NCBI GenBank assembly: GCA_041740815.1
Contig: JBGSLG010000093.1
Span: 1 to 60,188 of the forward strand
Source of the DNA: Bacteroidales bacterium
GTDB lineage: Bacteria; Bacteroidota; Bacteroidia; Bacteroidales; VadinHA17
Length of the DNA: 60,188 nt
Reading direction: 5' to 3'
Both the position numbers and the translations under genes were made by a program. This document shows positions 58,016 to 60,188 of this stretch, in pieces. The notes below the pieces were generated by a model. It was not told the origin of the DNA, made no database searches, and saw only the letters and a list, made by a program, of their open reading frames with translations. The stretch's first letter is position 1, and every line of letters starts with the position of its first letter.

Positions 58016-58054
58016 ACATACCTTCGTTTCGGAAACCCCCAAAACACTGTTCTT

Positions 58055-58819
58055 ATGATATCACATGAAATTGATTACAAGATTTACGGCGACGATATTC
58101 AGTTCGTTGAGATAGAACTTGATCCGAATGAGACAATTATTGCAGAGGCAGGCACCATGGTTTACATGGAGCAGGGCATCACTTACGAGACCCGCATGGG
58201 CGACGGCGCATCGCCGGACCGCGGCGTGATGGACAAGCTCTTCCAGGCAGGCTCGAGGATCCTCACGGGCGAATCGCTCTTCCTGACCCACTTCACCAAC
58301 AAGGGCTCAATGAGGAGCAAGGTGGCCTTTGCTGCTCCCTATCCCGGCACAATCATTCCCATCGATCTTAAGACCGTCAACGGAAGCATTATTGTCCAGA
58401 AGGACGGCTTCCTGTGTGCTGCCTACGGCACGAAACTATCGGTAACACTGAACCGCAAGCTGGGCGCCGGACTGCTTGGCGGAGAGGGATTCATCCTGCA
58501 GAGTGTGGAGGGCGACGGCAAGGCGTTCGTTCATGCCGGCGGTACGGTAATAGAGAAGCATCTCAACGGTGAGACGCTGCGTATTGACACGGGATGCATC
58601 GTGGCGTATGAGCCTTCACTTAATTTTGATATCGAGACTACCGGCAGCCTGAAGACGATGGTCTTCGGCGGCGAGGGACTCTTCCTGGCCACCATGCGCG
58701 GCACAGGTAAGGTATGGCTTCAGTCGATGCCCATCCGCAAGCTGATACGCGCCCTGGCACCAATGGGAGCCAACAAAGGCAAGGAGGCCAGTGGCCTGCT
58801 TGGTAACCTGTTTCAATAA
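58055..58819 (+). CDS. TIGR00266 / AIM24 family protein
   Basis: [34 protein letters not shown]. Confidence 0.92.
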   Translation: MISHEIDYKIYGDDIQFVEIELDPNETIIAEAGTMVYMEQGITYETRMGDGASPDRGVMDKLFQAGSRILTGESLFLTHFTNKGSMRSKVAFAAPYPGTIIPIDLKTVNGSIIVQKDGFLCAAYGTKLSVTLNRKLGAGLLGGEGFILQSVEGDGKAFVHAGGTVIEKHLNGETLRIDTGCIVAYEPSLNFDIETTGSLKTMVFGGEGLFLATMRGTGKVWLQSMPIRKLIRALAPMGANKGKEASGLLGNLFQ

Positions 58820-58856
58820 AGTCTGAAAGTCCGTAAAGTCCGTAAATCTAAAGTCA
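58817..58856 (+). repeat. AAAGTC-type repeat array, locus F
   Basis: TAAAGTCTG AAAGTCCG TAAAGTCCG TAAATC TAAAGTC; the first unit contains the TAA stop. Confidence 0.75.
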
Positions 58857-58903
58857 AATGTAGCCAGGCGATTCAGGCTTGCATTTCGGGAGGTTCGACT
58901 GCT

Positions 58904-59338
58904 TTACATTCTCCCTTCTATGATCCGTGAATCCAGTTTCCTGTACAGAATACCAAGCACACCGCAAAAAAGTGTTCCCAGGGCAATTCCTGACCATGGT
59001 AACAATACCTGACCGGACATGTACTCTGACAGACTTAAAGCGGCAACTTTTGTAATCTGGGCCAAAGCCAGCACAATCAAGGGCATAATAATAACAACAA
59101 ACAGGACTGAATATATCCAGAAGGCCTTATGATTGGCCCTCCCGGCATATTTCGGAACCAGGAATGAATAAAATGCATAAAAGCTGGCTAAAAACCAGAA
59201 TGATAGTGTTATTGTCGCAAAAAGGACATAGTTCGGATGCCCGGCAGGCACGTTATCCGAGCTGAAAAACCAGGCTGCAAGAATAGCAACGATCCATACC
59301 GGGATGTGTAGCAGATAAAGAATTGTTTTTTTATTCAT
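58904..59338 (-). CDS. Hypothetical 4-TM membrane protein (AT-rich)
   Basis: Four hydrophobic segments; start placed at ATG 59338. Confidence 0.7.
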   Translation of the reverse strand: MNKKTILYLLHIPVWIVAILAAWFFSSDNVPAGHPNYVLFATITLSFWFLASFYAFYSFLVPKYAGRANHKAFWIYSVLFVVIIMPLIVLALAQITKVAALSLSEYMSGQVLLPWSGIALGTLFCGVLGILYRKLDSRIIEGRM

Positions 59339-59572
59339 GGCTACGTGATTTAAGGTAATGCATGAAGCAAAAATCACCTGATTTACAATTTATACCAAAA
59401 CTAATCCTTTGTTTGGTCATCTTCATATGTAACTCCGCATAATTTGCATAGATGCTCCGCCCAGCCGGTGGACCGCCCTTCAACTGCCTGTTGCCTTCAA
59501 CTGTAAAAAAACTTGACAAGGCCTTTCAGATGTCATACCTTTATAATAACTAAATTATAAAAAAGAAAGGTT

Positions 59573-60070
59573 ATGAGAAAACTTCCTCTGCTATTATGTG
59601 CAGTGGTGATGCTATTGACATCCTGCCAGCAAAAACCCGCGACTGTTGTTGTTGATTCTGAGGCTATTAAAGCTGAACTCACCACTTTTATGGATGAGTA
59701 TAATGTGGCTTATAAGTCTATGGATATCAATAAAATGACTGCCTTATGCACCGACAATGTATTGTTTCTTGGAACTGATCCTTCAGAGTTCTGGAGTAAA
59801 AAGCAGATTACTGATTTAATCACGTCACAGGGTCTTGACACTATAAAGCTAGAATATGTTATTGACAGACGTGAAATACTTGTTGCAGCTGACGGCAATT
59901 CTGCGATTGTGGTGGAACAGTTTTTAATGCCATTAATTAGTCCAAATTTGTCTGTAAGGGCCATAGACCACATTATTAAGGTTGGTGATGGATGGAAGTT
60001 CGATCTCATCAGCTGGAATGTGATTCCGAAGAATGAAGATATCCCTAGACTCAACGCTGCGTTTGAATAG
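59573..60070 (+). CDS. NTF2/SnoaL-like lipoprotein (AT-rich)
   Basis: Lipobox LTSC; FLGTDPSEFW; GWKF. Confidence 0.82.
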   Translation: MRKLPLLLCAVVMLLTSCQQKPATVVVDSEAIKAELTTFMDEYNVAYKSMDINKMTALCTDNVLFLGTDPSEFWSKKQITDLITSQGLDTIKLEYVIDRREILVAADGNSAIVVEQFLMPLISPNLSVRAIDHIIKVGDGWKFDLISWNVIPKNEDIPRLNAAFE

Positions 60071-60074
60071 GTAG

Positions 60075-60188
60075 CTATTGCCTGCTGCCTGATAAGGTCC
60101 TGCGGTCCTGCGGTCCTGCGGTCCTGCGGTCCTGCGGTCCTGCGGTCCTGCGGTCCTGCGGTCCTGCGGTCCTGCGGTCCTGCGGTCC
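60075..60188. repeat. Mosaic repeat locus G: CTATTGCC..GATAA followed by (GGTCCTGC)x11.6 to the window end
   Basis: Perfect octamer array from 60096; junction shared with locus D in reverse complement. Confidence 0.95.

Noticed and set aside
1..60188. tRNA, rRNA, riboswitch, transposase, integrase or reverse transcriptase
   Set aside because: None recognised by eye; a covariance-model and HMM search would be needed to exclude divergent examples

Overview
A gene-dense chromosomal window from an anaerobic Bacteroidota (Bacteroidales-like) genome, judged from TAnnTTTG promoter boxes, T9SS PorP/PorG-like genes and the CBS-nadK-porG-uppS-bamA-skp-skp-murI synteny. It holds about 62 CDS, mostly housekeeping (rng, pth, rplY, prs, engB, manA, udk, pdxJ, nadK, uppS, bamA, murI, a 2-oxoacid:ferredoxin oxidoreductase, fabD, folE, queD, mqnB, mqnD, sod, proline dehydrogenase). 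No rRNA, tRNA, CRISPR array, transposase or integrase was recognised. The most unusual features are: (1) a dispersed family of mosaic short-tandem-repeat elements (7-9-mers with conserved junctions) that sit against stop codons in a transcription-biased orientation and bracket an AT-rich two-gene block; (2) an ECF sigma / membrane-anchored PKD + T9SS type-B CTD protein / PorP triad that looks like a trans-envelope signalling module, with a shared TGCAAC-N16/17-SGT promoter motif; (3) tandem duplications at gene ends that create ATGA-overlapped mini-ORF relays (thiS to ftsB, mqnB to mqnD); (4) a KamA-like aminomutase lacking both lysine-binding aspartates, next to a variant aldehyde:ferredoxin oxidoreductase and a ThiS/MoaD carrier; (5) two candidate ncRNAs and a complete hybrid kinase / sigma54 activator / sigma54 promoter unit. 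All calls come from reading motifs by eye; no searches were run.
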